NCBI GenBank assembly: GCA_043801165.1
Contig: JAZDMG010000007.1
Coordinates: 134,155-198,154, forward strand
Reading direction: 5' to 3'
Source of the DNA: an archaeon
GTDB lineage: Archaea; Nanobdellota; Nanobdellia; Woesearchaeales; SM23-78
DNA: 64,000 nucleotides
Part shown: piece after piece, positions 44,565 to 54,023 of the stretch
Numbering within the stretch: position 1 is the stretch's first letter
Layout: the number at the start of each line of letters is the position of its first letter
Position numbers and translations under genes: made by a program
The notes under the pieces: model-generated
Databases searched by the model: none
What the model saw: the letters and a program-made list of their open reading frames with translations, nothing else
Told to the model about the DNA's origin: nothing

Positions 44565-45353
44565 TCATACCTGCAGTTTTGAGAAGAGAAAGCTGCCGAT
44601 CAAAAGGAATACCAATGTCACAGCAGACAATACTATCAGGTTGAAAGCAGTTCCTGTGTTCACAGAGAAAACAAGGGTGTCTCTCAGGCCATCGACTCCA
44701 TAGGTCAACGGGTTGAGCTTCGCAACTATATCAATCGCCTTGGGCACTCCGCTGTTCAGAGGAAAAATTGCCCCTGAAAGAAAGAAAAGAGGCATTATCA
44801 GGAAGTTGATTATCAATTGGAACCCGTGCATGTCCTCCATGCGGGAGGCAAGGGCAGTCCCGAAGGCGGTGAACATCAATGCTATCAAGGCCATGAACAC
44901 CAATGCCAAAGGCAGCATCCATATATCAACAGGCCTGAAGCCAGCGAGCAAAGAAAGCAGGAGGACAACAACTCCCTGGAGCACAGCGACAGTGGCTCCG
45001 CCCAATGTCCTGCCGATCATTATCTTGAACCTGGAGACAGGAGCAACAAGAGTCTCCTTGAGGAAGCCGAACTGCCTGTCCCAGATTATCTCAATGCCCA
45101 TGAATGTGGCAGTGAATATGATACTCATGGCGATAATGCCCGGAGCAAGGAACTGGATGTAATCCCCGCCGCCGGCTTTCGCATATATCGGGCCAAAGCC
45201 GAATCCCAATGCGATCAGGAAAAGCAAAGGCTGGCCAAGAGAGCCTATTATCCTGGTCTTTGACCTGAGATAACGCTTCAGTTGCCTTATCCACAAAACA
45301 TAAATCACTCCCATATTGATATCTCCGAAATATGAAATCCTTCTAATGAACAT
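44565..45353 (-). CDS. ABC-2 type transporter permease
   Basis: Six hydrophobic segments. Paralogue of 14668..15426. The alternative start is ATG 45314. Confidence 0.8.
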   Translation of the reverse strand: MFIRRISYFGDINMGVIYVLWIRQLKRYLRSKTRIIGSLGQPLLFLIALGFGFGPIYAKAGGGDYIQFLAPGIIAMSIIFTATFMGIEIIWDRQFGFLKETLVAPVSRFKIMIGRTLGGATVAVLQGVVVLLLSLLAGFRPVDIWMLPLALVFMALIALMFTAFGTALASRMEDMHGFQLIINFLIMPLFFLSGAIFPLNSGVPKAIDIVAKLNPLTYGVDGLRDTLVFSVNTGTAFNLIVLSAVTLVFLLIGSFLFSKLQV

Positions 45354-45368
45354 TTATCTTCTGAACAT

Positions 45369-46205
45369 CTATCTCCTGAAAACCTTTCTCCTGAGGCGCA
45401 TGTTGTCGAGCACATTGGCCTTTTCTGACCTAATATCCCTGCCTGTCAATGATATGAAAGCATCCTCCAATGAGTTTTTCCTTGCTTTCTTCTTCAGCTC
45501 ATCAGGAGTTCCCTGGACAATAATCTTCCCGTGGTCGATTATCGCAACCCTGTCAGCGACCCTCTCAGCCTCCTCCATGTAATGCGTCGTGAAGAAGACA
45601 GTGACTCCCTCTGACTTATTGAGGCCCCTGACATATTCCCATATGTGGTTCCTTGTCTGCGGGTCAAGGCCGATGGTAGGCTCATCAAGGAAAAGTATCA
45701 CAGGATGATGGAGCAATCCCCTGGCTATCTCAAGCCTTCGCTTCATGCCGCCTGAGAAATGCTTGACAAAATCATCCTTCCTATCCCAAAGCTCGACAAT
45801 CTCCAGCAGCTGCTTTATCCTGACCTTCCTGATGTCCTTGCGCACATTGTAAAGCACACCGTGGAACTCCATGTTCTCATAGGCGGTGAGCTCATCATCA
45901 AGACTGGGATCCTGGAAGACTATGCCAAGGCTCTGCCTCACATGGGACGGATCCTTGGAAGGGTCAAAGCCATTCATAACAATAATCCCGCTGTTGGGCT
46001 GAAGCAATGTTGTGAGCATCTTTATCGTAGTTGATTTGCCTGCGCCGTTGGGGCCAAGGAAGCCGAAGATCTCTCCTCGCCTGACAGAGAATGATATGTT
46101 ATCGACTGCTACCAGAGACTTGAATCTCTTGGTGAGGCCGTTGACCTCGATGATGTTCTTGCCATTGCCATTGGCCTTGCTGGCTTTGCCATTGACGACC
46201 ATCAT
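45369..46205 (-). CDS. ABC transporter ATP-binding protein
   Basis: GPNGAGKST, SGGMKRR and ILFLDEP. Confidence 0.9.
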   Translation of the reverse strand: MMVVNGKASKANGNGKNIIEVNGLTKRFKSLVAVDNISFSVRRGEIFGFLGPNGAGKSTTIKMLTTLLQPNSGIIVMNGFDPSKDPSHVRQSLGIVFQDPSLDDELTAYENMEFHGVLYNVRKDIRKVRIKQLLEIVELWDRKDDFVKHFSGGMKRRLEIARGLLHHPVILFLDEPTIGLDPQTRNHIWEYVRGLNKSEGVTVFFTTHYMEEAERVADRVAIIDHGKIIVQGTPDELKKKARKNSLEDAFISLTGRDIRSEKANVLDNMRLRRKVFRR

Positions 46206-46299
46206 CGCATGGTGCAGGGACTAGCTTTAAAAATATTCCTATGCATCATTTTATCATTTTAGGGAAACCTTTTAAAAGCAGCCGGCTGTACTCAGGAGC

Positions 46300-46701
46300 A
46301 TGGATGAGAAAAACAAGAAGAAGCTCATACTCGACACCAACTTCCTGCTGATACCTGGGCAGTTCATGGTGGACATATTCACAGAGCTCGAGAAGGTGAT
46401 GCAGGAGCCCTATGAGCTCTGCATGGTGGAGAAGAGCCTTGACGAGCTCAAAAAATTGACTTTGACAGGCAAGGAAAAGGACCGTTTCGCGGCAAAACTG
46501 GCTGTCGTCCTGATAGGACAGAAAGACTTAAAAAGGCTTCCTTGTTCCAAGGGGGATAATAGCGTAGATGACATTATAGTCAGCTATGCAGGCAAAGATA
46601 CTTTCGTGGCCACAGAGGACAGGATCCTGAGGAGACGTCTCAAGGAGAAGGGCTCAGGGGTCATCGGGCTGCGCCAGGGAAAGTATCTGGTGGTGATATG
46701 A
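46300..46701 (+). CDS. Fcf1-like PIN-domain protein
   Basis: LILDTNFLL...VATEDRILRRRL. It sits directly upstream of rpoE', as in many archaea. Confidence 0.7.
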   Translation: MDEKNKKKLILDTNFLLIPGQFMVDIFTELEKVMQEPYELCMVEKSLDELKKLTLTGKEKDRFAAKLAVVLIGQKDLKRLPCSKGDNSVDDIIVSYAGKDTFVATEDRILRRRLKEKGSGVIGLRQGKYLVVI

Positions 46702-47309
46702 TGTTTTACAAGGTGAAGCTTAAGGACCATGTTCGTGTGAGCCCTGACAAGTTCGGGCTAGAGGTGAGACAGGCCATAATCAGCGAGGTGAAGAGCAAGT
46801 TCTCAGGATTCATATCCAAGGACTTCGGTCTGGTCATAGACGTATCAGGAGTCAGCGCAATCGGCGAGGGCATAATAATCCCCGGCGACGGAGCATCCTA
46901 CTACGATACATCGTTCGAGCTGCTGACATTTGAGCCAGAGATCCAGGAAGTGGTCAAGGGCAAGATCAAGGAGATCGCTGAGTTCGGAGTGTTCTTCTCC
47001 ATGGGGCCGATCGACGGCATGATACACATAAGCCAGACCATGAACGACTTTGTCAGCTTCAGCAAGGACAAGGTGCTCCAGGGCAAGGACGGCAAGAGAA
47101 GCCTGAAGATCAATGACCAGTGCAGGGCAAGGATAATCGCAGTATCATACAAGGACGTGGCCAACCCGAAGCTGGGGCTGACCATGAGGCAGGTGGGCCT
47201 TGGAAAAGAGGAATGGATAGAGCAGGACTTCCTGAAGGAAGGGAAGGAGCCTGAAGCCAAGGAAGAGAAGAAGGACAAAGGAGATAAGAAGAGACAAGAT
47301 AAGCAATGA
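46698..47309 (+). CDS. rpoE1: DNA-directed RNA polymerase subunit E' (Rpo7)
   Basis: N-terminal Rpo7 fold, then an S1 domain (VKGKIKEIAEFGVFFSMGPIDGMIHISQ). Confidence 0.9.
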   Translation: MMFYKVKLKDHVRVSPDKFGLEVRQAIISEVKSKFSGFISKDFGLVIDVSGVSAIGEGIIIPGDGASYYDTSFELLTFEPEIQEVVKGKIKEIAEFGVFFSMGPIDGMIHISQTMNDFVSFSKDKVLQGKDGKRSLKINDQCRARIIAVSYKDVANPKLGLTMRQVGLGKEEWIEQDFLKEGKEPEAKEEKKDKGDKKRQDKQ

Positions 47310-47327
47310 TTTTCACGAGGTGTTGAT

Positions 47328-47516
47328 ATGAGCAAGATGGTCTGCAGGACATGCAAGATATTCGTCGAGGAAGGACAGGCGTGCCCCATATGCAAGAGGA
47401 ACTCTCTCAGCAGCAGCTGGCAGGGAAGGATACATTTCATCAACGTGGAGAAATCCACCATCGCAAAGAAGATGAACGTCGAGAAGGACGGCGAATACGC
47501 CATCAAGGTAAGATAG
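47328..47516 (+). CDS. spt4: Transcription elongation factor Spt4 (RpoE'')
   Basis: 62 aa with CRTC...CPIC zinc ribbon, then SWQGRI. Confidence 0.85.
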   Translation: MSKMVCRTCKIFVEEGQACPICKRNSLSSSWQGRIHFINVEKSTIAKKMNVEKDGEYAIKVR

Positions 47517-47525
47517 GAAAGGTGA

Positions 47526-47867
47526 ATGATCATGGAATTACAGGTAATGAAGGAAGAGCATAGGCCATTGCTGAGCAGGAAAGAGATAACCGCGAGAGTA
47601 GCCTATGAGGCAGTGACTCCTAAGCGAGAAGAGATAAGGAAAGACCTGGCGCACAAGCTCAAGGTAAAGGAAGAGCTCGTGATAATCAACAGGATCAAGC
47701 CTGACTACGGCAGGCAGAGCGCCATGGTCGAAGCAAGAGTCTACGATGATGAAGCGACCCTGAGAAAATTAGAGCCCAGGTTCACACTCAAGAAGCACGG
47801 CTTCACAGTGGAAGAGAAAAAGAAGAAGGTAGCTGTGCCGGAAGAAGCAAAGAAGAAGAAAAAATAA
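47526..47867 (+). CDS. rps24e: Ribosomal protein S24e
   Basis: PLLSRKEITARVAY...TPKREEIRKDLA... and YGRQSAMVEARVYDD. Confidence 0.9.
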   Translation: MIMELQVMKEEHRPLLSRKEITARVAYEAVTPKREEIRKDLAHKLKVKEELVIINRIKPDYGRQSAMVEARVYDDEATLRKLEPRFTLKKHGFTVEEKKKKVAVPEEAKKKKK

Positions 47868-47889
47868 ATGTTACGAGGGATGATTATCA

Positions 47890-48102
47890 ATGGCAGGAAA
47901 AGATGACAAGGGAAAGAAACCAGCAGCAGGCGGAAAGCCGAAGAAGAAGGCAGCCAGCAAAGTAGGCAAGATATATGAAGTCTCAGGCAATTCTCTCAAG
48001 AGGAAGAACAAGAGCTGCCCAAAGTGCGGGACAGGGACATTCATGGCCAACCACAAGGACCGAGTGACCTGCGGCAAGTGCGGGTATACTGAGAAAAAGT
48101 AA
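47890..48102 (+). CDS. rps27ae: Ribosomal protein S27ae
   Basis: [24 protein letters not shown] zinc ribbon with a basic N-terminus. Confidence 0.9.
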   Translation: MAGKDDKGKKPAAGGKPKKKAASKVGKIYEVSGNSLKRKNKSCPKCGTGTFMANHKDRVTCGKCGYTEKK

Positions 48103-48147
48103 ACTTTTTAATTTTTCTAATCATAACGGACAAATTTAATCAATGTT

Positions 48148-48981
48148 CTATCGCCAATTGGATAAAATTTCGTGTTCATGGAGATAAACTCTTTTTGCTT
48201 GATTTGGCACAAGATAATCATCCAAGATATTTCTAATTGTTGGGATTTTACAAATTAGAGCTAACTCAAGCGGAAGCCTTGGCTTGGGGCTGCTAAACAG
48301 TAAATGAATATTTTTAGCTGTGATTTTCTCATTTAACAAAGGAAGAGTCAGCCGCTCCTCTTTTGGAAGCGAATCGATTTGAATACCGCTTCTATAAAAC
48401 GCACGTTCTGCTAAGACTCCAACACCAACTGTAGCTTCCGTAATAACTTCCGTAATAAAATCGCACAATAAAGCTATTGAAGCCGCCCCAATTTTTCCCA
48501 ATAATGTTGTAAACTCGTACCTTTTAAAACTTTCAAAGCTATATTTTTTTCTTTTATATTTGTTGCAATCTGAAATATTCTTTCTTATATTATTTTTATG
48601 AGTATATGTTGCTTCTTCGCAGAAATCTTTTCCGAGATATTTTTGCATAGCATAGCTCTCTTTGAACAGTGCTTTTGCAACCAAAGGATGGCTTTCCTTT
48701 AAGATAAAAGCAGCCCTAGGCCAACCATTATTAAAATAATAAGGGAAATCTTTTTTATTATTTCTTCCAGAATCGAATTCATCTCCAGCACAAGATGACG
48801 AGATAGTATTTCTTTTGTAGGGATGAAATTCATCTCCAGCACAAGCTGACAAGACCGCGGCAGTATAATGATCGCCTTCTTCATAGAATTTATCAGATAA
48901 GGAAATAATTGCACGAATCTGCTTATCAAAGCTTTTTTCATTAATTATTATCCTCTCTTCTAATTTTAATTCCGGTTCCAT
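48148..48981 (-). CDS. Hypothetical protein (second gene of an AT-rich two-gene cassette)
   Basis: 277 aa with no motif recognised. The internal near-repeat CAGDEF is encoded by a duplicated DNA segment around 48776 and 48824. Confidence 0.5.
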   Translation of the reverse strand: MEPELKLEERIIINEKSFDKQIRAIISLSDKFYEEGDHYTAAVLSACAGDEFHPYKRNTISSSCAGDEFDSGRNNKKDFPYYFNNGWPRAAFILKESHPLVAKALFKESYAMQKYLGKDFCEEATYTHKNNIRKNISDCNKYKRKKYSFESFKRYEFTTLLGKIGAASIALLCDFITEVITEATVGVGVLAERAFYRSGIQIDSLPKEERLTLPLLNEKITAKNIHLLFSSPKPRLPLELALICKIPTIRNILDDYLVPNQAKRVYLHEHEILSNWR

Positions 48982-48997
48982 TTTTATTCCCTCATTA

Positions 48998-49570
48998 TTA
49001 ATTTAACTCCTTTGCAATCCTTTCAAGTATACTTTTCTCTTCTCTTTGAATACATTCAAGCCTTTCTATTAAACCACTTGTCTTTGTTCGCAAATCTGTA
49101 TATTTCATAATCGCATCGTAAATATTATTGGAAACATCTCTCGGGTTTATTGAATTTAGGCTATTCAAGCGATATAATGCGTTATAAGAACCTTTATCTT
49201 TACAAGGACTGCCGCTCATCCAACGATAATCAAAAGATCTCTCCCAAGATCTCTCCCTGCTATTAAAAACAGAATCTACTACCGCTTTCTGTAAGATTCT
49301 TTCAATCTCAGTGTTTCCGTAAAAATGAATAGTATACGCAAAAAAATAATCACCATCTGTAATTTCGAAGGCACTGGCATTTAGTTCCACATATGCTGAA
49401 AATTTGGAAACACTCTCAGGACTCCTCACAAGATATCTTTCCGTACCATCATTAATAGCCTGCATAGGAATTCCTTTTTCAGATAATCCATTTTTCACAG
49501 CATCCACCATATCGTCACATGGTTTTCTTGATTTTATGATTGCTCCTCTTTTGAATAATTTCATTTTCAT
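48998..49570 (-). CDS. Hypothetical protein (first gene of an AT-rich two-gene cassette)
   Basis: 190 aa with no motif recognised. It lies 16 nt upstream of the next ORF. Confidence 0.5.
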   Translation of the reverse strand: MKMKLFKRGAIIKSRKPCDDMVDAVKNGLSEKGIPMQAINDGTERYLVRSPESVSKFSAYVELNASAFEITDGDYFFAYTIHFYGNTEIERILQKAVVDSVFNSRERSWERSFDYRWMSGSPCKDKGSYNALYRLNSLNSINPRDVSNNIYDAIMKYTDLRTKTSGLIERLECIQREEKSILERIAKELN

Positions 49571-49705
49571 CCCTCCCGAAAACTCATCTAATCATAATCA
49601 CACAATCACTAATAAGTAGCACTAAGTCATCATATATCAATATTCTTACCATATTATTGTTCAAAACGCAATATTTATAAGTATTAATGTATTATTAGAC
49701 TAAAA

Positions 49706-50668
49706 ATGAGCACTCTCGACTTAAAAGACAAGAAAATACTGTATGAACTAGATTTGAATGCTCGGCAGAGCAATTCCCAGATAGCAAAGAAGGTGAGGCT
49801 TAACAAGAACACAGTCAACTACAAGATAAAACGGCTTGAGGAAAATAAGGTAATCCTCAGCTATTACGCAGTCATAGACAGCACCAAGCTAGGCTATTTC
49901 AGCTTCAGGGTCTACTTAAATTTCTTCAACACAGTCCCCATCCAAGAGAAAGAAATGATTGACTGGCTGAAAGCAAAAGGAGAAATCAGTGTCATTGGGG
50001 TGATAGAAACAATCTATGACCTTGTATTCATGTTCATGGCAAAAAACGTCTACGAATTCGACGATTTCTGGCTGGAGTTCAAAAAGAGATTCAGAAAATA
50101 CTTCTGGAATGAAAAAGTGGATGTATTCACTAAAGTCAGCCATTTCAAGAGAAAATACCTGCTTGGAAGCGAGAAGTACGAAAAATACGAGGCCATTGGC
50201 GATAACATTCCTGCAAAATACGACGAGCTAGACATAAAAATCCTCATGATGCTGACAGAAAACGCTAGAATGCCCTTAATAAACATATCCAAAAAACTAA
50301 AAGCATCACCGAGAACAATAGCCTTCAGGATGAAGCAGCTTGAAAAGAAAAGAATAATCTTGGGTTACCGAGTAAACATCAACCTGCAATCAATAGGCTA
50401 CGAGTATTATAAGATAAACATGACCCTGAATGATTTTGAAAAATACGACTCATTAATGAACTTCTCAAAAAACCACCCGAACATAATATATATAGACCGG
50501 ACTCTATCAGATCTGGATTTTGAGATTGATGTAGGAATCAAAGGAAAACCAGAACTACTAGAACTAATCAACGAAATAAAATTAAAATTCAACATCAGAA
50601 AAGTCGAAATGTACTCCTACAAAGAATACATAAAATTAGACTCGATGCCTAACTTAGTGCATAAATGA
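49706..50668 (+). CDS. Tandem-duplicated Lrp/AsnC-family transcription regulator
   Basis: Two HTH_AsnC units (LDLKDKKILYEL...SNSQIAKKV and LDIKILMMLTEN...INISKKL), each followed by an effector-domain-like segment. Confidence 0.75.
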   Translation: MSTLDLKDKKILYELDLNARQSNSQIAKKVRLNKNTVNYKIKRLEENKVILSYYAVIDSTKLGYFSFRVYLNFFNTVPIQEKEMIDWLKAKGEISVIGVIETIYDLVFMFMAKNVYEFDDFWLEFKKRFRKYFWNEKVDVFTKVSHFKRKYLLGSEKYEKYEAIGDNIPAKYDELDIKILMMLTENARMPLINISKKLKASPRTIAFRMKQLEKKRIILGYRVNINLQSIGYEYYKINMTLNDFEKYDSLMNFSKNHPNIIYIDRTLSDLDFEIDVGIKGKPELLELINEIKLKFNIRKVEMYSYKEYIKLDSMPNLVHK

Positions 50669-50719
50669 TTTAACTTTTTTCAGGCGACGCTCTGACGAGC
50701 GCCGGAAGAAACATTGTTC

Positions 50720-50761
50720 GATTTTGCCTTCGGCTCGGAAGATTCTGACGCAAAATCCCTG
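50720..50761 (-). repeat. Hairpin repeat family, copy K (the only copy outside the 12-30 kb region)
   Basis: GATTTTGCC-(21 nt)-GCAAAATCcctg, between the convergent gene ends of the Lrp gene and pncB. Confidence 0.65.
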
Positions 50762-50788
50762 GCAAGAAAAATCTGAAGAAAAAACAAT

Positions 50789-52237
50789 TCAAGAACTATA
50801 TTTTTTTAATCTCTCTTCTTTCACTTTATTGAACAGTTCCTGCAATCCTTTGCTGTAGGATACCGGTGAAGGGTGCTGTTTTCGCAGTTCTTTCATCTTC
50901 ATGGTGAGGATGCCTAATTGCTTCTCTGCATAAGGCCTTACCTCATCAACGGCAGGAATCTTTGCAGTTACCCTGCCTCTCTTAACTACTTGCTTGAGCA
51001 GGGGTGTGCCTTCAACGGGCTCATCATGTAGGCCTATGATATCTCCCAATATATTCCCATTTCTGTCAAAAGTCCTGAAAACCTGCTTCTTGGCAGGATA
51101 ATGTTCCTTGCCCCTGGAAAGTTTTATTCCATAAATTTTCTCCCCATCCTCAAAGTCAAGTTCGGATATCTTAAAGACAGCTTCTATCTCCGGCGAATCC
51201 CTGAGCTGCACAAACTGAGTGGCAGATACCAACAGGATAGGTTCACATGTCGCGATCGAGGGCTTTCTCTTCATGATATCATCTATGTAATACTCATCCA
51301 TGTTCGAGCAGACCTTGATGACCGCATCCTTAAAGCCTTCCTCATTCAGCCTTTTCCTGGCCTTGAGCGTATTCTCGTATAATGGCTGCGAGTCTATGTA
51401 TATGCCCGCAAGCTTGATCCCTTTCTTGGCAGCCTCTTTCCCTACAGTAATGGTATTTTCCAGTCCTTGGTCAAAATCATAAGTATCGACCATGAAGCTT
51501 ATGCCGATCTTTTTTGCAAAATTGGTCTTTGTCATGGCACGCATCGCTGTAAGCTCATCCTTGTATGATGATATGAAAAAGTGCTGGGCGTTAACTACAG
51601 GCTTTATGCTGTCCATGAACTTCTTATCATGGACCTTAGCCCCTATTGACAGGTATACGAGAGCATTGCCATCCCCATAAAATGACCCTGCCCTATCAAT
51701 CCTCAGGTCACTGAAAGAGAAGCTTCTCAGCCCGCCACCGACTGCAGTGATAAGATCGCCTGCTGCAAGCTTTATCCTGGCGGCCTTCGAGGTGTAGGGG
51801 ATATAAGCAGCCGCCAGATTCATCATATATACTTCCAGCAGGGAAACCTCCAGAAGAGGACCTTCAACTATTATGATAGGCTCTTTCGGGAAAAAGATAT
51901 CACCTTCAGCCATCGAGTATATATTGCCTGAAAACTTGAAGTCAAGCAGGAACCTCTCAGCGTCCTTGTCTATTATGCCGTATCTCTTTAGAAGCGCGAT
52001 GTCCTTCTTTGTGAACCTGAGATTCTTGATGTGCACTACAAGCTCTTCAAGGCCTGCAAACACAAGGAAATTCCTATTTTTAGGCATCTCCCGTACATAC
52101 AGATCAAAAGTGGCCCATGCGCTCCTGTAACGCTCATCTTTCATCCAGGCACAGATCTGGCCGAATGAATGCGTGAATTGGTTTAAAGGGAGATCACTTG
52201 GTTCAAAGAAGAACTTGCTGTAAGGATTTTTCTGCAT
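50789..52237 (-). CDS. pncB: Nicotinate phosphoribosyltransferase
   Basis: 482 aa. The N-terminal MQKNPYSKFFFEPSDLPLNQFTH...WATFDLYVRE and the central TIM-barrel-like part are recalled as the NAPRTase family pattern. Confidence 0.7.
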   Translation of the reverse strand: MQKNPYSKFFFEPSDLPLNQFTHSFGQICAWMKDERYRSAWATFDLYVREMPKNRNFLVFAGLEELVVHIKNLRFTKKDIALLKRYGIIDKDAERFLLDFKFSGNIYSMAEGDIFFPKEPIIIVEGPLLEVSLLEVYMMNLAAAYIPYTSKAARIKLAAGDLITAVGGGLRSFSFSDLRIDRAGSFYGDGNALVYLSIGAKVHDKKFMDSIKPVVNAQHFFISSYKDELTAMRAMTKTNFAKKIGISFMVDTYDFDQGLENTITVGKEAAKKGIKLAGIYIDSQPLYENTLKARKRLNEEGFKDAVIKVCSNMDEYYIDDIMKRKPSIATCEPILLVSATQFVQLRDSPEIEAVFKISELDFEDGEKIYGIKLSRGKEHYPAKKQVFRTFDRNGNILGDIIGLHDEPVEGTPLLKQVVKRGRVTAKIPAVDEVRPYAEKQLGILTMKMKELRKQHPSPVSYSKGLQELFNKVKEERLKKYSS

Positions 52238-52320
52238 AAATACACTCCATCATATCGATATAAATGTTTTTTGGTTCTATCCTTTTGGAAACCTGAGAGA
52301 AACATAGCTTCTGATTTTTT

Positions 52321-53022
52321 TCAGAGCCGGTTCCACAGCACATCAAAGTCTTTCCTGTAGCCGTCGTAGATTGACTTTTCCTCTATCTTCACCATGAAGG
52401 GCTTGTCCTTCAGCGTCAGGATGATGACTTTCCCTTCGAAGATGAATGTGGTAGCATAGTTCTCTGCCTCGGCAGGTAGGTATTTTATCTTTGCCCTGCT
52501 CATCTCTGACAATTTGGTCTTCTTCATCGACTGTGTGGCGATGATCCTGACCTTCCTGCTCCTCTCGATGTCTTTTACGACATGCATTGCGCTGAATGGC
52601 AGGCTCTGGAATATAAGTCCGGTGGCATTGATGACCGAGAGTTCCCTGCAGTCCCTTATCTCATTGAAGACCTGCCTCAGGCCGTCTTTTCCCTCAAAGA
52701 CTTCCACGCTCCTCTCGGTGGCCTGATCTCGTCTTATCTTCTTCAGCTGGCCTATGAGCTCACTGGCGATATCTTCCTTCTCCCTGATGCCTGCGAGGAG
52801 GCTGTCCGGGTTAGCCGCTGCAAATATCCTTGTGCCGTTCTTCTTTGCGTAGGTGACTATGCCTTTCTCGACGAGCTGCTGCAGGACATTATAGCAGACT
52901 GTCCTGTTGGATGATGTCTCCTTTGACAGTTGGTTGGCAGTGGCTCCGACCCTCTTGGCGAGCGCCAGGTATATCTCTGATTCCTTCTTCGAAAGCCCTA
53001 TGCGCTGGAGTTTCTCGAGCAT
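52321..53022 (-). CDS. TrmB-family transcription regulator
   Basis: MLEKLQRIGLSKKESEIYLALAKRVGATANQLSKETSSNRTVCYNVLQQLVEKGIV is a wHTH of TrmB type. Confidence 0.75.
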   Translation of the reverse strand: MLEKLQRIGLSKKESEIYLALAKRVGATANQLSKETSSNRTVCYNVLQQLVEKGIVTYAKKNGTRIFAAANPDSLLAGIREKEDIASELIGQLKKIRRDQATERSVEVFEGKDGLRQVFNEIRDCRELSVINATGLIFQSLPFSAMHVVKDIERSRKVRIIATQSMKKTKLSEMSRAKIKYLPAEAENYATTFIFEGKVIILTLKDKPFMVKIEEKSIYDGYRKDFDVLWNRL

Positions 53023-53111
53023 GAGTAGAAGAAAAGAGTTCTTGTTTAAATAGTTGTCGCAAAAGATGACAACTTAAATTAATATAGTGCTGATGATAAC
53101 ACTCCGGAGTG

Positions 53112-54023
53112 ATGAAACTAACCGCTGATAAAGATTTAAATGAAAAAAATGTACTATTTATCACTCTTGACTCATGCAGATACGACACCGCCCAAAAGGC
53201 GAATACACCGACAATAGAAGGCATTGATCAGATGCGCCAGGCATACACGCACGGAAGCTACACAATCCCTGCTCACATCGCTTTCTTTTCAGGTCATTTG
53301 CCAGCAGCTTTTGAAGAGCCAAAACAAGCATATTATTCTGAATGCATAAAACAGCTATGGCGCATAAGAACAGGCAGAGCAACAGAATCAAAACCAGCAG
53401 GAATCGAGTTGGAAGGCAACAACATTCTGGGAGGATATGAAAAACTTGGGTTTTATATTCTTGGAGCCGGAGGCGTGACCCAATTTGCAGAGAGAAGCCT
53501 ACTTAGGCAGTATTTCAAAGAGTTTCTATACTGCAGCAAAAACCTTGACGAAGAACCCCTTAATCCGAGAAAAAAACAGGAGTTCCCGTTAACTCACATT
53601 GACGAAATAGTTTCAAGGCTCAAAGGCCACGACAGATGGTTCTTGTTCATCAACTGCAATGAAACCCATTATCCCTACGACACTGGAGAAGGAGTTCCTC
53701 TAGAAATAGAAAAAACATATCTTGACCTTAAAAAAAGACTTAACCTAAGAGAGCCGGCAAACTATTCTAAATTAAACAAAGAGATTTGCGATGGACTCAA
53801 AGAGATGCAAATAAGAGCGCTGGAAAAAATTGACAAGAGGATTGAGCACCTCATTGCTGAGATTCCTAAGCAAAGAAACATATTGACTGTCATCTGCGCA
53901 GATCATGGAGAAAACTTCGGAGAAGCTTTTTGTGGCAGACAAAGATTCGGCCATCTAATCCCCACGCCTGAAGTGATGCGGGTTCCTTTAGTAATTGGTG
54001 AAATAAATGCAAAGCATAATTGA
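53112..54023 (+). CDS. Alkaline-phosphatase-superfamily protein (NPP/phosphodiesterase-like)
   Basis: ITLDSCRYD, SYTIPAHIAFFSGHLP (Thr nucleophile context) and ICADHGENFGE. Confidence 0.6.
   Translation: MKLTADKDLNEKNVLFITLDSCRYDTAQKANTPTIEGIDQMRQAYTHGSYTIPAHIAFFSGHLPAAFEEPKQAYYSECIKQLWRIRTGRATESKPAGIELEGNNILGGYEKLGFYILGAGGVTQFAERSLLRQYFKEFLYCSKNLDEEPLNPRKKQEFPLTHIDEIVSRLKGHDRWFLFINCNETHYPYDTGEGVPLEIEKTYLDLKKRLNLREPANYSKLNKEICDGLKEMQIRALEKIDKRIEHLIAEIPKQRNILTVICADHGENFGEAFCGRQRFGHLIPTPEVMRVPLVIGEINAKHN

Noticed and set aside
11956-50761. Hairpin repeats as integron attC sites, with the TA genes as integron cassettes.
   Set aside because: No tyrosine-recombinase (IntI-like) gene is in the window. 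No RYYYAAC/GTTRRRY-type boxes flank the stems. The copies occur in both orientations and genes are not uniformly oriented. This is kept only as a remote possibility.
11956-50761. Hairpin repeats as a CRISPR array or simple intrinsic terminators.
   Set aside because: The copies are kilobases apart with no regular spacers. They are not followed by T-tracts, and three of them lie in 5' regions between divergent genes.
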